The notes below the pieces were generated by a model, which did not search any database, was not told where the DNA came from, and worked only from the letters and a program-made list of their open reading frames with translations. DNA of 64,000 bases from the NCBI GenBank assembly GCA_000182565.2, contig KQ257472.1; one strand, written 5' to 3'. This document shows, in pieces, positions 24,059-35,527 of the stretch (the stretch's first letter is position 1; every line of letters starts with the position of its first letter). This DNA comes from Spizellomyces punctatus DAOM BR117 (Eukaryota). The translations under genes and the position numbers were made by a program.

Positions 24059-26566
24059 TTAACGTTTCTCACTAGAGTATTCTGCTACGATGCTCTTTCG
24101 GTGTTCATCCCATGCCAATGTTTCTAGGTACTTGACTTGCAATTCGTGTACAGGGATACCCAATACACCTTCATTGATGGGATCTACTAGACTCTTGAGG
24201 GTAGCAACATCCACAATTTGCAAAAACACAACCTTTGGAAAACAGAGTACTTCAACAGGTGTAAGAGCCGTAACAGTGATTCCAAATCCAGCGGCAAACG
24301 TTTCCCTCTCAAACGCCTGTGAAGCCGTTTCAGCCATACTTTCCGAATGAGACGGATCATATTGCCCCACCACGGCCGTTCGAAGAAGCTCGATTTTGGT
24401 TGCGGAGACATGTTGGATTCTCATATCGGTTGCTTCGGAGCGTAAGAGCCGGAGAGGGGGGAAATAAGATTTAGGTTCCAAGTCACCCAACACGAGGGTT
24501 TCGTGAACAAGTGTTTCTTTATGATCTAGGGGGGCTGAACCGGGGATATACGGTGACACGACTGTTGCTGAATTGCGTCGGAAGGCCGATAAAGTACCTT
24601 GTCCTCGTCGTTGTCCAGTCATGGTAGTAGTAGTAGTCGTTTTATGATTTGCAGCAGAAATGTCCAAGGAGACATGTCCATCGACTGCTGCAGACCATTC
24701 TACAAATGGAACGACTCTCATGGCCCTACATCGCCCCCTCACTAAAAAACACACCATCTTCCTCTCATCTGGCGGAACGACCACACTCCCCGCTTCATAC
24801 CTCACCACATTCCCCGTCCCCGCAACTCTATTCACGACGTCCTCTGCCGCCCCTTCAAACCCCTTACAAGACCTCACGAACCCCTCCATACTCTCTTCCT
24901 CTTCCCCTCCTTCCTCTGTCAATGCCCGGATATAGTCATCACGGGGTACACTGACCAATGTACACGCCGTGACGGTCTCAACCGTACACGTCCGCACACA
25001 CTGAGGCGCCGTAATAGGAAACTCACCAAACAAGTCACCGGGTTTATATGTTGTCGTACCGGATTCGTTCGTTGCGATGCATATCCCCGATAACAAGAAA
25101 TAAACAAAAAGAGGTTGATACGCGGATTTTATCACGAGTTTGTGAGGTGGGACGGAAACGAGTGTTATGGCTCTACTTAGCCGTTTTCTTACTCCTGGTG
25201 GAAACCTTGCGTAACCATTCATGTGGCATAACACGATATCCAATGCGCGTTCTTGGGTTTGACTTCGTTGTAATGACGGGGTTTCTAGTAGTCGTTCTAA
25301 TCGACATCCGGCTAGTACACCTTCGGTCTGTGTAATTGCTGCAAGCATATTCGACGCACTAGTCGTTTCCGAATCGGTATTGTTCCTCCGAAAAAGTAAT
25401 GTGGATAACAAGAGTTTTTTGACGGATGTAATGGCGAATGACCATCGCTGCGCAGCGGTTTGGCGTGTCGTTGGTAAACTATTGGCATTCGTAACGGCTT
25501 TTATATCCTTTTCCTCAAAATGCGTAATAGACATGCGCCGATTTCGTCGAACGGGACCAAAACTTGCGGAATCCTTTATAGGCGTCAATTGATCCGTTCC
25601 TTCACCATCCAATGTTTTAACATTGAGTTGTTTGGGCGTCATGGCTTGTTGGAGTTTACTTAGTAGTAGTTCAGGCTTGGCGTCAAATTTCCCTTGAAGT
25701 ACTTGATCAACATCCAAATTCCCCATTCCCCGATTTTTCATGATCCGTCTAAACTCGGTTGAATCCCCCGATGACAAGGACGCCCTCCTCCGTCGTGGAT
25801 CTGTTCGTGGAGATGAATCTGGTGGTGTCGGACACAATTTGGATTCATCTGATGTTGACATTCGGCGTCTTTGGATGGATGTACGTGGGGATCCATTATC
25901 CGTTAATAAGGACCCATTACTTGATAATTCCTGCTCTTGTTCTTCTTCGTCTTCTTCGGCGGTGGTTGACGACGACACTATCGACCCCTTTCGAATCCGT
26001 TTCAACGGATCAAAAAATCTTGAACCTAATGACCCGGTACTATCCAAAGGCGACTGCGACCCCCTCGTAATCGTCGTACTACTCGTTTCCATGCGTAGTT
26101 CCTTATTTACATCAAATGGGGATTGAGACCGAGTACGCTGCCTTTGTTGGACTCGTCTGCCGATACTCTCCCCCTCTCCGAATGCCAATGATGCTCGACG
26201 AGGTTTGTCAGAGGTTACACTCAATGTATCTTGTTTTGGACCATGTGTCGTTGTTGGGGTTGTTCCGTTGGTTTCGATGGACCATAATGAGGTTTTGACT
26301 CGCGTTACTTCTTGTCCGTCACTTACGGATCGTTGTCGATACCGTCTCGGTGTCGAACTCGTTGTTGTTATTATCGGCTCTTGATTCTTTTCGTCTTGGC
26401 TGGTCTCTTCGGACCCCAAAGACCACGCTTGAGCATTTTGGACCCACTGCTTTGCTTGCGTTAATCCTCCTGTAGTCGTAACAGCCAACCGAGGAATCGA
26501 CAACGGAACGGATTTGGAGGGTGTTGGAACGGGTTTTCGGTCTGGGAGAACAAGTTGTGGTAACAT
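24059..26566 (-). CDS. Cyclic-nucleotide-binding domain protein (CNBD2-like) with a long S/T/R-rich N-terminus; apparently intronless, 835 aa
   Basis: Single ORF. cNMP-binding motifs FVYFLLSG..YKPGDLFGE..RTCTVET..TLVSVPRDDY and a second repeat VCFLVRGRC..LGDL..YF. Confidence 0.85.
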   Translation of the reverse strand: MLPQLVLPDRKPVPTPSKSVPLSIPRLAVTTTGGLTQAKQWVQNAQAWSLGSEETSQDEKNQEPIITTTSSTPRRYRQRSVSDGQEVTRVKTSLWSIETNGTTPTTTHGPKQDTLSVTSDKPRRASLAFGEGESIGRRVQQRQRTRSQSPFDVNKELRMETSSTTITRGSQSPLDSTGSLGSRFFDPLKRIRKGSIVSSSTTAEEDEEEQEQELSSNGSLLTDNGSPRTSIQRRRMSTSDESKLCPTPPDSSPRTDPRRRRASLSSGDSTEFRRIMKNRGMGNLDVDQVLQGKFDAKPELLLSKLQQAMTPKQLNVKTLDGEGTDQLTPIKDSASFGPVRRNRRMSITHFEEKDIKAVTNANSLPTTRQTAAQRWSFAITSVKKLLLSTLLFRRNNTDSETTSASNMLAAITQTEGVLAGCRLERLLETPSLQRSQTQERALDIVLCHMNGYARFPPGVRKRLSRAITLVSVPPHKLVIKSAYQPLFVYFLLSGICIATNESGTTTYKPGDLFGEFPITAPQCVRTCTVETVTACTLVSVPRDDYIRALTEEGGEEEESMEGFVRSCKGFEGAAEDVVNRVAGTGNVVRYEAGSVVVPPDERKMVCFLVRGRCRAMRVVPFVEWSAAVDGHVSLDISAANHKTTTTTTMTGQRRGQGTLSAFRRNSATVVSPYIPGSAPLDHKETLVHETLVLGDLEPKSYFPPLRLLRSEATDMRIQHVSATKIELLRTAVVGQYDPSHSESMAETASQAFERETFAAGFGITVTALTPVEVLCFPKVVFLQIVDVATLKSLVDPINEGVLGIPVHELQVKYLETLAWDEHRKSIVAEYSSEKR

Positions 26567-27184
26567 ATTTTTTACAATATGTAATAATAATTTCGCTCTT
26601 TTTTGGGCCGAGGTATGGGGTAATGGCTTCTTGTTTTTTCTGGGGGAAATACTCTAGAAAAAGAGTATATATCGCTTATATACTCTATCGGCTCCGGCCC
26701 TTTTGCTTATATATCGTTCAAAACAAGTTTTTTTTATCAAGAAAACCCGATTGCTCCACAGCGTGGGAAGGCTTGGATTCAAGCGGGAGCGATAAGCTAG
26801 ACTTATTTGCCATGGTACTGTCATTGACGAGAGAAAAAAAAAAGTTATTTTAAGAAGGACCCGTTTTTATCAATATCCTTTGTGAAATGGGCGGAGCGAT
26901 ATATATCAGGACACTTTGGAACAATATCATCACATAATCACCTCAACTGAATGAACGCGTTAGTGGGGAATGCCCAACCTGGCCCCAACCTAGACCCATG
27001 GGGTCTAAACAAAGACAACGAAGGGGGCCAAGAATCTTTTTTTAGGGGGGCGACAAGGCTGTATATTTGCAAAGCTCCGTAAATAATCCGGTCAATGCAA
27101 AAAGAAGAAGACGAGAGAAAAAAAATAAAACTATACACACAAACTACACACGAGTACATTTGGGTGGACAACTACGCAACATCC

Positions 27185-28634
27185 CTATTCACGAATCATT
27201 TCGATACATGCCATTGGGAACGTTCCTTTATTTCCAGTACGCATGTTAGACCCCTTACCCCAGCCTAACATCAAAAACAACAGTCAATTAAAAAAAAAAA
27301 AACGAAATCAAACATGAGGAAAAAAAGAACGTACCATCATCGTAGGAAGCCCACACCTCCACCATATCGCCTTTGACCAGCTCCAACTCATCAATTAATT
27401 GAGGAGTGTAATCATAAACAACCTTGTATTTAGCCTTCAAGGGCGTAACGTGGGACCCAGCCTCAGTCATATTGGACGCAGGAGCAATAAAAGGAACGGC
27501 ACCACCGCCAGGTTGGATTCGGTTGCGTCTACCCTCGGTGCTGCCTCGCTTTCTGGCTCGCACAACTCCAACAGCGACACCACCGACAATAATCATGGCA
27601 GCTCCGACCGATCCCGCAATGATGGGCACCTTGTTCCGCTCCACAAAGCTACTATTTTCATCTCCTGTGGCGGTGACGGGTTCCCCACCTGTCGCACCTT
27701 GGGATGCAAGTTCTGCAGGTTTGGCGCCTTTGACAGCTTGGTTCTCAACGGGTGCAGCAGCAGCGGTTTTTTGATCGTTCTTGTAGCTTCCTCGTCGCTG
27801 ACAGCAACCATCTTGTGGATAGTCTTTACAGTACAAGTCAGCGGTTTTTGAGTCACCACCAAAACCTGTAAAAAGGCGCATTATAAGTAATCGCACACCC
27901 ATCCTCATGATTTTATTCAACTAACCGCATGATTTATGATCTTCCTCAACTCCCCAAATGCAGGAATCTTGCTTGTATCCAGATGCTCCACTCCACGACT
28001 GTACAATATGCTTGCAAGATTCCGCACCGGTCAAAGCAAATGACCGTCTGTCCGACACTTCCTGGTATACCGCTTGTCCATAGTGACCAAACGAAGTGGG
28101 ACACACGGATGAATCACGGATCAACTCGGACACAGCGGACCCGTACGCATCGCACGTTTTTTCGCAAATGGGGGTAGAAGGTGGCTTGTAGTCTTTGTTG
28201 CATCCAGCAGAGAACATGAATATATCCGTCATGCAAGTGTATGTGCGATAGTATTGAATGGGTTCGCCAGAGTATCCAGTACATTGAGCCCAGTTCCTCC
28301 ACATTTGGGCCTGATGCTCTCCGCCTGACGTTACGTCGCGGACCAATCGATCCCAGTATTTCGCATCGGGAATCGGGCCGCTCAAACCGTAGACCAAGCC
28401 AAGTTCAGTACCATTGATATAGTAACCTTGTCCAAATGGGGCACAGGCGCTCGTTTCATGGATGGCAATACATTCGTTGGACGAGTATTCCTATTAAGCA
28501 AGACCAGTCAACCACGGCGATTTGTCATCGAATGCAATGCACTCGTTGCTTCATACCTTGGACTCTGCCCTAACTTGACTGACGGCAGAAAGGATAGATA
28601 AGGCAAACGCGAGGGTAGCAGACGTTCGGGCCAT
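27185..28634 (-). CDS. Type I membrane protein: signal peptide, Cys-rich ectodomain, TM helix, cytoplasmic SH3; 4 exons
   Basis: Signal MARTSATLAFALSILSAVSQVRA; about 12 Cys in the ectodomain; TM IIAGSVGAAMIIVGGVAVGVV followed by RARKR; SH3 YKVVYDYTPQLIDELELVKGDMVEVWASYDDGWGKGSNMRTGNKGTFPMACI, split by an intron. Confidence 0.88.
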
Positions 28635-29641
28635 GTTTGACAATGCAGACGGGGTTCAAGCTTTTTCTTGTCCACAGGGGCAAACTATAGATAAAGTATT
28701 CCTAAATAGCTACGATCGCGTGTAGGCTAAAACGGCTACTTGGGCAAACAAGCGTCTAATGCCCGGATAGTAAAAAACGGAATCGGTTTCGGTGTTTTCG
28801 ACAACTCTAGGGTTTACGCCCGCGATGACCGCCTCCAACGCAAATGTAAAGAGATCAAAAGGGCGGCAAAGGACAAAGGAGATGAGCGGCGGAGAGCCGT
28901 GGTTGACAAGGGTATTTTCTATACGTTTTTTTCGTCGGTTGTTTTTTCCTTCCCAATCCTTCAGCCTTGAACGGCGACGAACAAAAACCAAAAGCACTGC
29001 CAACCCTCCAAATCTCAACTTTGAAAACTAAAAGGAGGCTGAGTCCAAAAGTCGCCTTGCGGTGGGCTGAGTCACAACACGTGATATATATCTACAATAT
29101 TCCCTTTAAAGGCAGGTAATGTAACTGTTTATGGCTATATGACAGAGCTGAGCCTCAAGTGTGAAATGTTCATAGCCTCTCCTTCTGCGCTTTTTTCCTT
29201 GTTTTAAGCACAGCGGACGGTTTCGGACATTTTTCAAGGACGGAGGGGTGGGGGACTGGTGAATGACACGGCTTTTTATTTTCATCAATGGTTGATGGTA
29301 TGTGTTGGAACGGCAGGTGTTTTAGGTAAAAGGTTATGGCGGCGGTGCAGGGACATGAGGTCCAGGTTCAAGGTGTGATCAAGGTTGTCGGGTATGTTTG
29401 GAACATATCAAGAACGCATGATACCCATGTGCTATGCCTGGATCTACGCACAGGGATACGGCATTTCAGGGATCATAGCCATGTATATACAAAACGAATA
29501 ATATCATAATGAAGGTAACACTCGGAACGAGACAACATCTACCTCGATGAATAGTCCCTTGAACCAGAGCGCAAAAGAATATAATCAGAATCGCCAATGC
29601 CATCAATGTAAACGCATCGCTTTCGAGGAACCATCCAGACT

Positions 29642-30903
29642 CTAAACGGTTCCACTTCTGGTTCTCCTTGCTTCATCAATCTTCATGGCAGGCGGCATCC
29701 CCTCACTCACTCGCTCATGCCTAACGTTGTTGGCCACTTCAAGCTGCTCTACTTCGTCGGGTGATAGGGTTGTATTGACCGACCATCTCCTGCCTCGCAT
29801 GTCGGACACGGCAGGGATGATGGGAAAGACTTGAGAGGGTTCGCGTTGGGTACAGGATGAGGTATCGAAAACTGTTATACGAGGTATCGTTCCGCGTTGG
29901 GCTGTAGTAGAAAGACATGAAATGCTAGTGAATTGAGAAGGATTCACTTGGATTCGCTTTTGATTTTAATGTACGAGGTGGATGGATGGGTCACAACGTA
30001 CCTAGCATGCGTTCTCTCCAACTCATTGCTCGTAAAATCTCACCCATCCACTCTACCTTTGCACCATCACTTCCCGTCACAAACAGAAAGCACCGTCCTT
30101 CATTATCAATATCTGGAAGCTTGTAGAGTCCAAATACCATCGTCATGAACTTGCCCAGTTTGGGTGGACAAGGGTCGAGGGTACAGTCCTCTAAATGGAA
30201 AATCTCACTGGCATACAATGCATGGGGTTTCTTTAGAATATACAGTGTATCATTGTTGATGACCACCCAGCGACGTTTCGATTTGCCGATAGCCCCGTTG
30301 AATTTAGAATGAAAGTGGCGTTCGTGGACAGTAAGGTAACCAGAATAGGAGGTTTTACCCATGAAGAGGTTGTGGGGGATAGGATAGCGCACCTTTCGCT
30401 TGAGCTATTGGCGTCCCATCGGAAACCCAAGCACTTTTATGAGTCTGACTTGCATGAGCAACGTTTTGGCTTTTTTTCAAACTTACCCCCACCCATTTCT
30501 TTTTTGGTTCATCCATCATGATATTATCAGTATCCACCTCAAAACCGCACGACTGAACCGTTTTTCGCATTAACCGCCCCGGCGCGCTCCCGCATCGTCC
30601 CGTTGGTGACCCCGACTCGCTCCATGCCAAACATCTTGCAGGGCGCTCCTGACTTGCGTTTGATACAGTCGTCGCGGGAGACTGCGAAGATATCGTTGTC
30701 GAGGAGTTTACTATGGACGAGTCGCGGCTTAATGACAGTCTATTGGGGCCTGCAGCTTGGTTTTCTTTCCAACGTGGATGCAAAGGATTGCGGGGTGAAA
30801 TGGGTTTGCCTCCCGACGCGAGCGGTGACGTGTAGGAGCTTGGAGATACCTTGGCAGGAAGGGCGGGAAGACCATCCGCCCCGACCTCTGTCAGTGACTT
30901 CAT
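29642..30903 (-). CDS. PH-domain protein, 3 exons
   Basis: Exons 30903-30487, 30404-30002 and 29901-29642 splice in phase. PH motifs YSGYL..KRRWVVI..TLYI..FLFVT..KVEWMGEI. Confidence 0.8.
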
Positions 30904-31245
30904 AGAGCTTTGAAATGCGTCGCTACTGTTTTCACGTCACCCCACAGAAACAGCCTTTTGGAAACCGAAACCAGGTCCTCCAGAGCACCCACAAATCGTG
31001 CTTGTCCCAAGCATCCGAACCCCACAAGAACAATGTTGGTTGTGAAAAGCTGCGCAACGAGAGCAATAAACAATATGACACGACTAACTTGGGATCGATG
31101 AGTTCACAACCCTTCCAATACCCGCAGAATGCCTCCAGGCTTCGGAGTCGAATACGTAAGCATGGATCGAACCAGTCACACTCATGGAGCGAGTGGACTG
31201 GCTTTTGTTGGGCCCCATTCGTCTCCTTCCTTTGGTTTGCCCTTC

Positions 31246-32285
31246 ATGCATCGTGGCTTCCAGAAGGGCTTCAGAGCATATATTAGGAGACTTGTTCTGT
31301 TCGGATACCATCCTTCCAAAAACCTCACAAAAACAGACCGAAATGCGTCGGCCAAAGTCAATTCGCTCGACCACATAAACGCTCTACGGTCACTATTGAC
31401 GATCCTGGCAAAGTCTGATGAGGATTTGGGGTGCATTGACCTAAAGTATGAGAAAGTACCTGTTAAAAGACGCCAAAAGGATCTACTAGATCGCGTGGGG
31501 TTTTACGTGGAGCAGGTCACATCGTGCATACCAAACGCCGGTATGCGTCCTTCAAAAATTGTACAAAGAACGAACCCCTCCAACCTACTTGTACCTTTGA
31601 TGCATTCCTCCTCATACTGCAGGCCTTGGAGTCCGTCTACATGGAAAAGCTCCAAAAGGGGCCATTGTGGCTGTATATCCGGGGACAGTGTACGCACCAG
31701 GTGACCCAGCGTTCTTCCAATCTCTGGGCAACAGCTATATTCTGCGATGCTACGACGGATTGCTTGTTGATGGTAAGCGTAACGGACTGTCTGGAAGAAT
31801 TTTCCGGTCCCTCTATCGGCGACATCATCCCGATCCGCATCTTGATCTCATTGCAGATCAGACATGGATGGAAGGCGGGAATGTGGCGTATGTAGTGTTT
31901 TTTTTTTCGTTGAGTTCTTTGAAAAGTACCCTCATTGAAGGGGAAATGTTGTTTTCATCCAAACTAGGAATCCATATGCGATTGGCCAAATCATCAATAA
32001 CGCCACCTCCCAGCATCCCGCCAACGGTCAGCACCATTCCAGTGTATCATCTCTTGGAACAATCACCCAGCTCACGCATTCCCCTTCCCTTTTGCAGTCC
32101 ATTATCAGGAGCTCAACATTCCACCAAACTTCCCCCTCCATCTTCGAAAATATATTTCCAACATCCACTATGCGGCAGCTTGGCGACCGTGGGATGATGA
32201 TGTAACGCGAGTTGTGCTGCTCATTGCGAATAGGGACATTGAGGACGACGAGTTGTTTTCGACGTACCATGAAACGGTTGGGTAG
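31246..32285 (+). CDS. SETD9: SETD9 (C5orf35)-like SET-domain protein, 4 exons
   Basis: Exons ~31246-31540, 31623-31887, 31968-32026 and 32098-32285. Motifs GLGVRLHGKAPKGAIVAVYPGTVY..FFQSLGNSYILRCYDGLLVDG..NPYAIGQIINN..ANVHYQEL..VVLLIANRDIEDDELFSTY match the SETD9 pattern as I recall it. Alternative in-frame ATGs at 31129 and 31162. Confidence 0.85.
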
Positions 32286-32624
32286 TGAGCTTTAGAGTAG
32301 ATTGAAGTTGTTTGGCTGAACCTGAAATGATGTGTCTTGGCACTGTGATCCTGGCGTCACTACGTTTATCCGACCCCGTGTGCCGGAAACCAGCAAGTCA
32401 AGAACACTCGGAGGAATGTTTTTGAGTAAAAACAAAGGCAGAGTTGACGACACATGATGTGGTTTGATTTGCGCCGCCTTTGTCGCAAGAATCCATAGAA
32501 GTCATAACGCTGGACGGTTCTTGATAGAATGTACAATATACCAAATTCCTGGGAGCAGACACCGGCATAAGCGACATTATAAAAAAAAACTTACCAGTGT
32601 CTTGTGGTATCATTTGTTTTTTGC

Positions 32625-33075
32625 CCACATTGCCGTACTATTCATCGTGCAGACGCTGGGGATCAGGAGGTTTGTCGCAGTTGGGAACCGCTATCCCCAT
32701 CAAGGACAAGCACAACCGCTGAAGACGCATGGGACCATTCTGCCACTCATCCATCGTTGCCCATGCTAGCTCGCCGTACTATTCCATCGTCCAGACGGTG
32801 GGGATCGAAAGTTTTTTGCAGTTGGGAACCGCTGTCCCCGTTTTCATGGACCAATACGACCGCTGAACACGTATAGAACAAATTCTGCCACTCAATCCAT
32901 CTGTCAAAGAATGCCCCGCACTCTTTCATTGTATTCAGCCTCGCTAAACAATGTAACTGTACCGGCACGCCGCTTATTTTTCGGTGTTGTTTGCAGACGG
33001 AAGACAAGAATTTGGTCATGTTTGAGTGGGGTTTGCTTGGCACTGAGCACAGGTTCGACGTAGTCGGAAGTCATA
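32625..33075 (+). pseudogene. Decayed Rieske [2Fe-2S]-domain gene with a tandem duplication of the CxH-box segment
   Basis: Direct repeat of ~140 nt (32630-32760 and 32772-32900) reading IAVLF..FVAVGNRYPHQG and LAVLFHRPDGGDRKFFAVGNRCPRFHG. A frameshifted VC(P)WH..HRFDVV.G follows near 33031-33068. Confidence 0.5.
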
Positions 33076-33662
33076 CCGTCCTACGCTTATCGACAACACG
33101 GTAAAAGAAGTGATACCTGGTCCCGCGATATTGATGTGTCTGTCTTTGCATGACCTTGAATGCCGTACCAGTGTCTCCACCGTGGAATTAGCTGGCTGTT
33201 TTTGTGACTTGGACAATGAACTATATCACCGTACCTCAGACGAGAAAAGTTATCGAGGGTAGATGTTTTTGTCCCATTTTATTTGAATGGAAAACTGCAT
33301 GAAAGGGGCGTCGTTAGAATAGAGTGCAGGATAAATAAATGGCGGGAGATCGAGATCCGCAGATGCCAATGTGATGTGGATATCCCATGGACTTGTTTTG
33401 CCACTAACTTTGAGATCGGTTTTTTTTTTTTATTTCAGAATCATGATTCTGCGCACACTGACTGTGTCCAACAGCAAGATGATTGAGAATAGGAAAAATG
33501 CAAGATGGACAAAGACATGTTTACAGGTTTTAATTTCTATGACAGGAATTTGATATATACAAGAAGCCAGCCATCAAGGTTGGCATCCAACATTTGGCCG
33601 ATAAACACACCACACCCAGCCCCTCTAAAAAAATGCCCGTTCAAAGATGTTTTTTCAAACAC

Positions 33663-33929
33663 CTATACGGGTCTCTTTGCAAACTCTTTGGCAAGAGCTG
33701 CTGCTTTCTCCGCGGTCTCTCCCTCTGTCTGCAAACAACTAAAATAGTCCACTGAATCCACGACGGTATTCGGAGGAAGGAATGGCCACCAGACGGGGGA
33801 AGGTGGCGACGACTTTGTCTGTGCAATACTGTTTGTACGAGTCCGAGAAGGAACGATGATGGGTGTAATGGTTGGATACACAACCGACTTTGAGCGGGCG
33901 TTTGTCTTTCTTGGGCAGGTGTCGCTCAT
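33663..33929 (-). CDS. Small hypothetical protein (~88 aa, MSDTCPRK..)
   Basis: Open frame. TATATAAA at ~34094-34101 is only ~10 nt from the first ATG (34085), which favours the second ATG at 33929. No recognisable domain. Confidence 0.45.
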   Translation of the reverse strand: MSDTCPRKTNARSKSVVYPTITPIIVPSRTRTNSIAQTKSSPPSPVWWPFLPPNTVVDSVDYFSCLQTEGETAEKAAALAKEFAKRPV

Positions 33930-35031
33930 GGTCGGTGTTTTGGGTCGGAGTTTAGGTAAGCAAGTGGAGGGTGGACGGCGACGGAAAAGACAAAATGGTG
34001 GCTTGTTGGCGAGCGGGTTGGTTGGAGAAAGCGAAAATTCTGGGGTGAGTTGGTGGGTGTGCAGGACAGGGGATGGAGCAGACATTGCTGTCCTTTATAT
34101 AACGCTCCTCTCGTAATCCGTCAACTCAACCCTAGTGAAGCTTTTAATTCAAAGAGTCATCAGACCCGCAAACAACTCGAGTCCTTTTAGCTAAAACAGG
34201 CAACAAAAAAAAAACCCAAAAGTATGTTGTGTGTGTGTGTGTGTTGTGTGTACATGTTTTCGTTGTAACAGTGATCAACAGAAAAACAACAAAGTAATGT
34301 TGATTGTCGAGGTCCCTGGAGCTTTGCCCTTGATCCTTTTGCGACTCGTCCCCGCCTTCATTTAATGTCGATCCATTGGTCTGTTTTCTTATTATTGTTT
34401 GCGGATGAACTTGTCTGCGACATTGGTGCGCCGGCCGTGCAAGCATACAAGGACAGTTTATATTCGATATTTCTTTTTCCGCCTCTTAGCCTTTTTGGAG
34501 TTTCTCATTTTCAAGTCTCGACGGACGGGACGGTAAGGTGGATTGGAAGGCGCTTTATTGCCATGAATCAAGCGGTGACATTCCTCTCCGCGGTGGTATT
34601 GTCTTTTATCGATTCCTGTCAAACTTTTGAATACGCACTATCGTCCTACTGTATTGAGAGCATTCACTTGATTCACAAGAGTGTCCTCTATGGAGAAAAT
34701 CGTTTGGCAACCAATCGTCAAACTGTTTGAATGTGTGTACTGTTGAATTAGTTTGTACAGTGCGAGGCGTTTCGGAGCATCATGTTATCAGTTGTGTTTT
34801 TCCCCCTATGACGAAATTGCCCCAGCTGTCCAACTCCAGCATGATGAATACCATCATCCACTGTAGATGATTTTAAACGTTTAAAAACAAAAGGATAGAT
34901 CCCAATCACGTTATTTACAATGTCCGACTTTGGCACTTGCGAGAACCGTACGTAATCAACATATGCCCTTCATTGCAGCAACTTTGGGATTTCTACTTTT
35001 TTTTTTTTCTGTTGAGCGGCCTTGTCCAGGG

Positions 35032-35527
35032 ATGGGTTGTGGGGTGTCAAAACAAAATGCGACGAGTTCACCTGCTGATCGGAAAGGCAAGGTAAAAAAA
35101 ACGAAACTGGACTGGGATGAGCATAGACAAGAATAGGCTCCACGATGCCGTTCCTTTTGGGTCAATTTGCTGAGCACACAAGTCTAACCTACAATTCTCC
35201 ATTGTTCAGCCGAACACCGGACAAATCGCATCCCCATCAAGCGACGTACGGCCCCTGCTATCCTCCATACCCGTTCCCTCCATCATTGCTCTAAACGAAG
35301 AAGGCCAGGCCCTTTCAAGCTCTGATCTTGTCTACCAAGGCGGTGATGAAGGCTCGAAATATACCCCAGGTGTAGAAGCCTCTTCTGACGTTCAATGGGT
35401 CATGCTTCCACCCGGCCAGTTACCGGAAGGCGTCAAGGAGGAAGATGTGAAAAAGAGATTTTGCAGTCAACCGGTTGATCCCGTGGGGGAACGAGAGCAT
35501 GCAACTAGACCTGTGCTGAGGACGTGA
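35032..35527 (+). CDS. Small protein with an N-terminal myristoylation/palmitoylation motif (MGCGVSK), 2 exons, ~125 aa
   Basis: Exon 1 35032-35091, phase-0 intron GTAAAA..CTAAC..CAG 35092-35209, exon 2 35210-35527 stop-free for 105 codons. Confidence 0.6.

Noticed and set aside
24090-26298. Numerous antisense ORFs over long coding exons (also at 46-48 kb and 60-61 kb)
   Set aside because: Shadow ORFs of the real coding strand with no independent coding signal.
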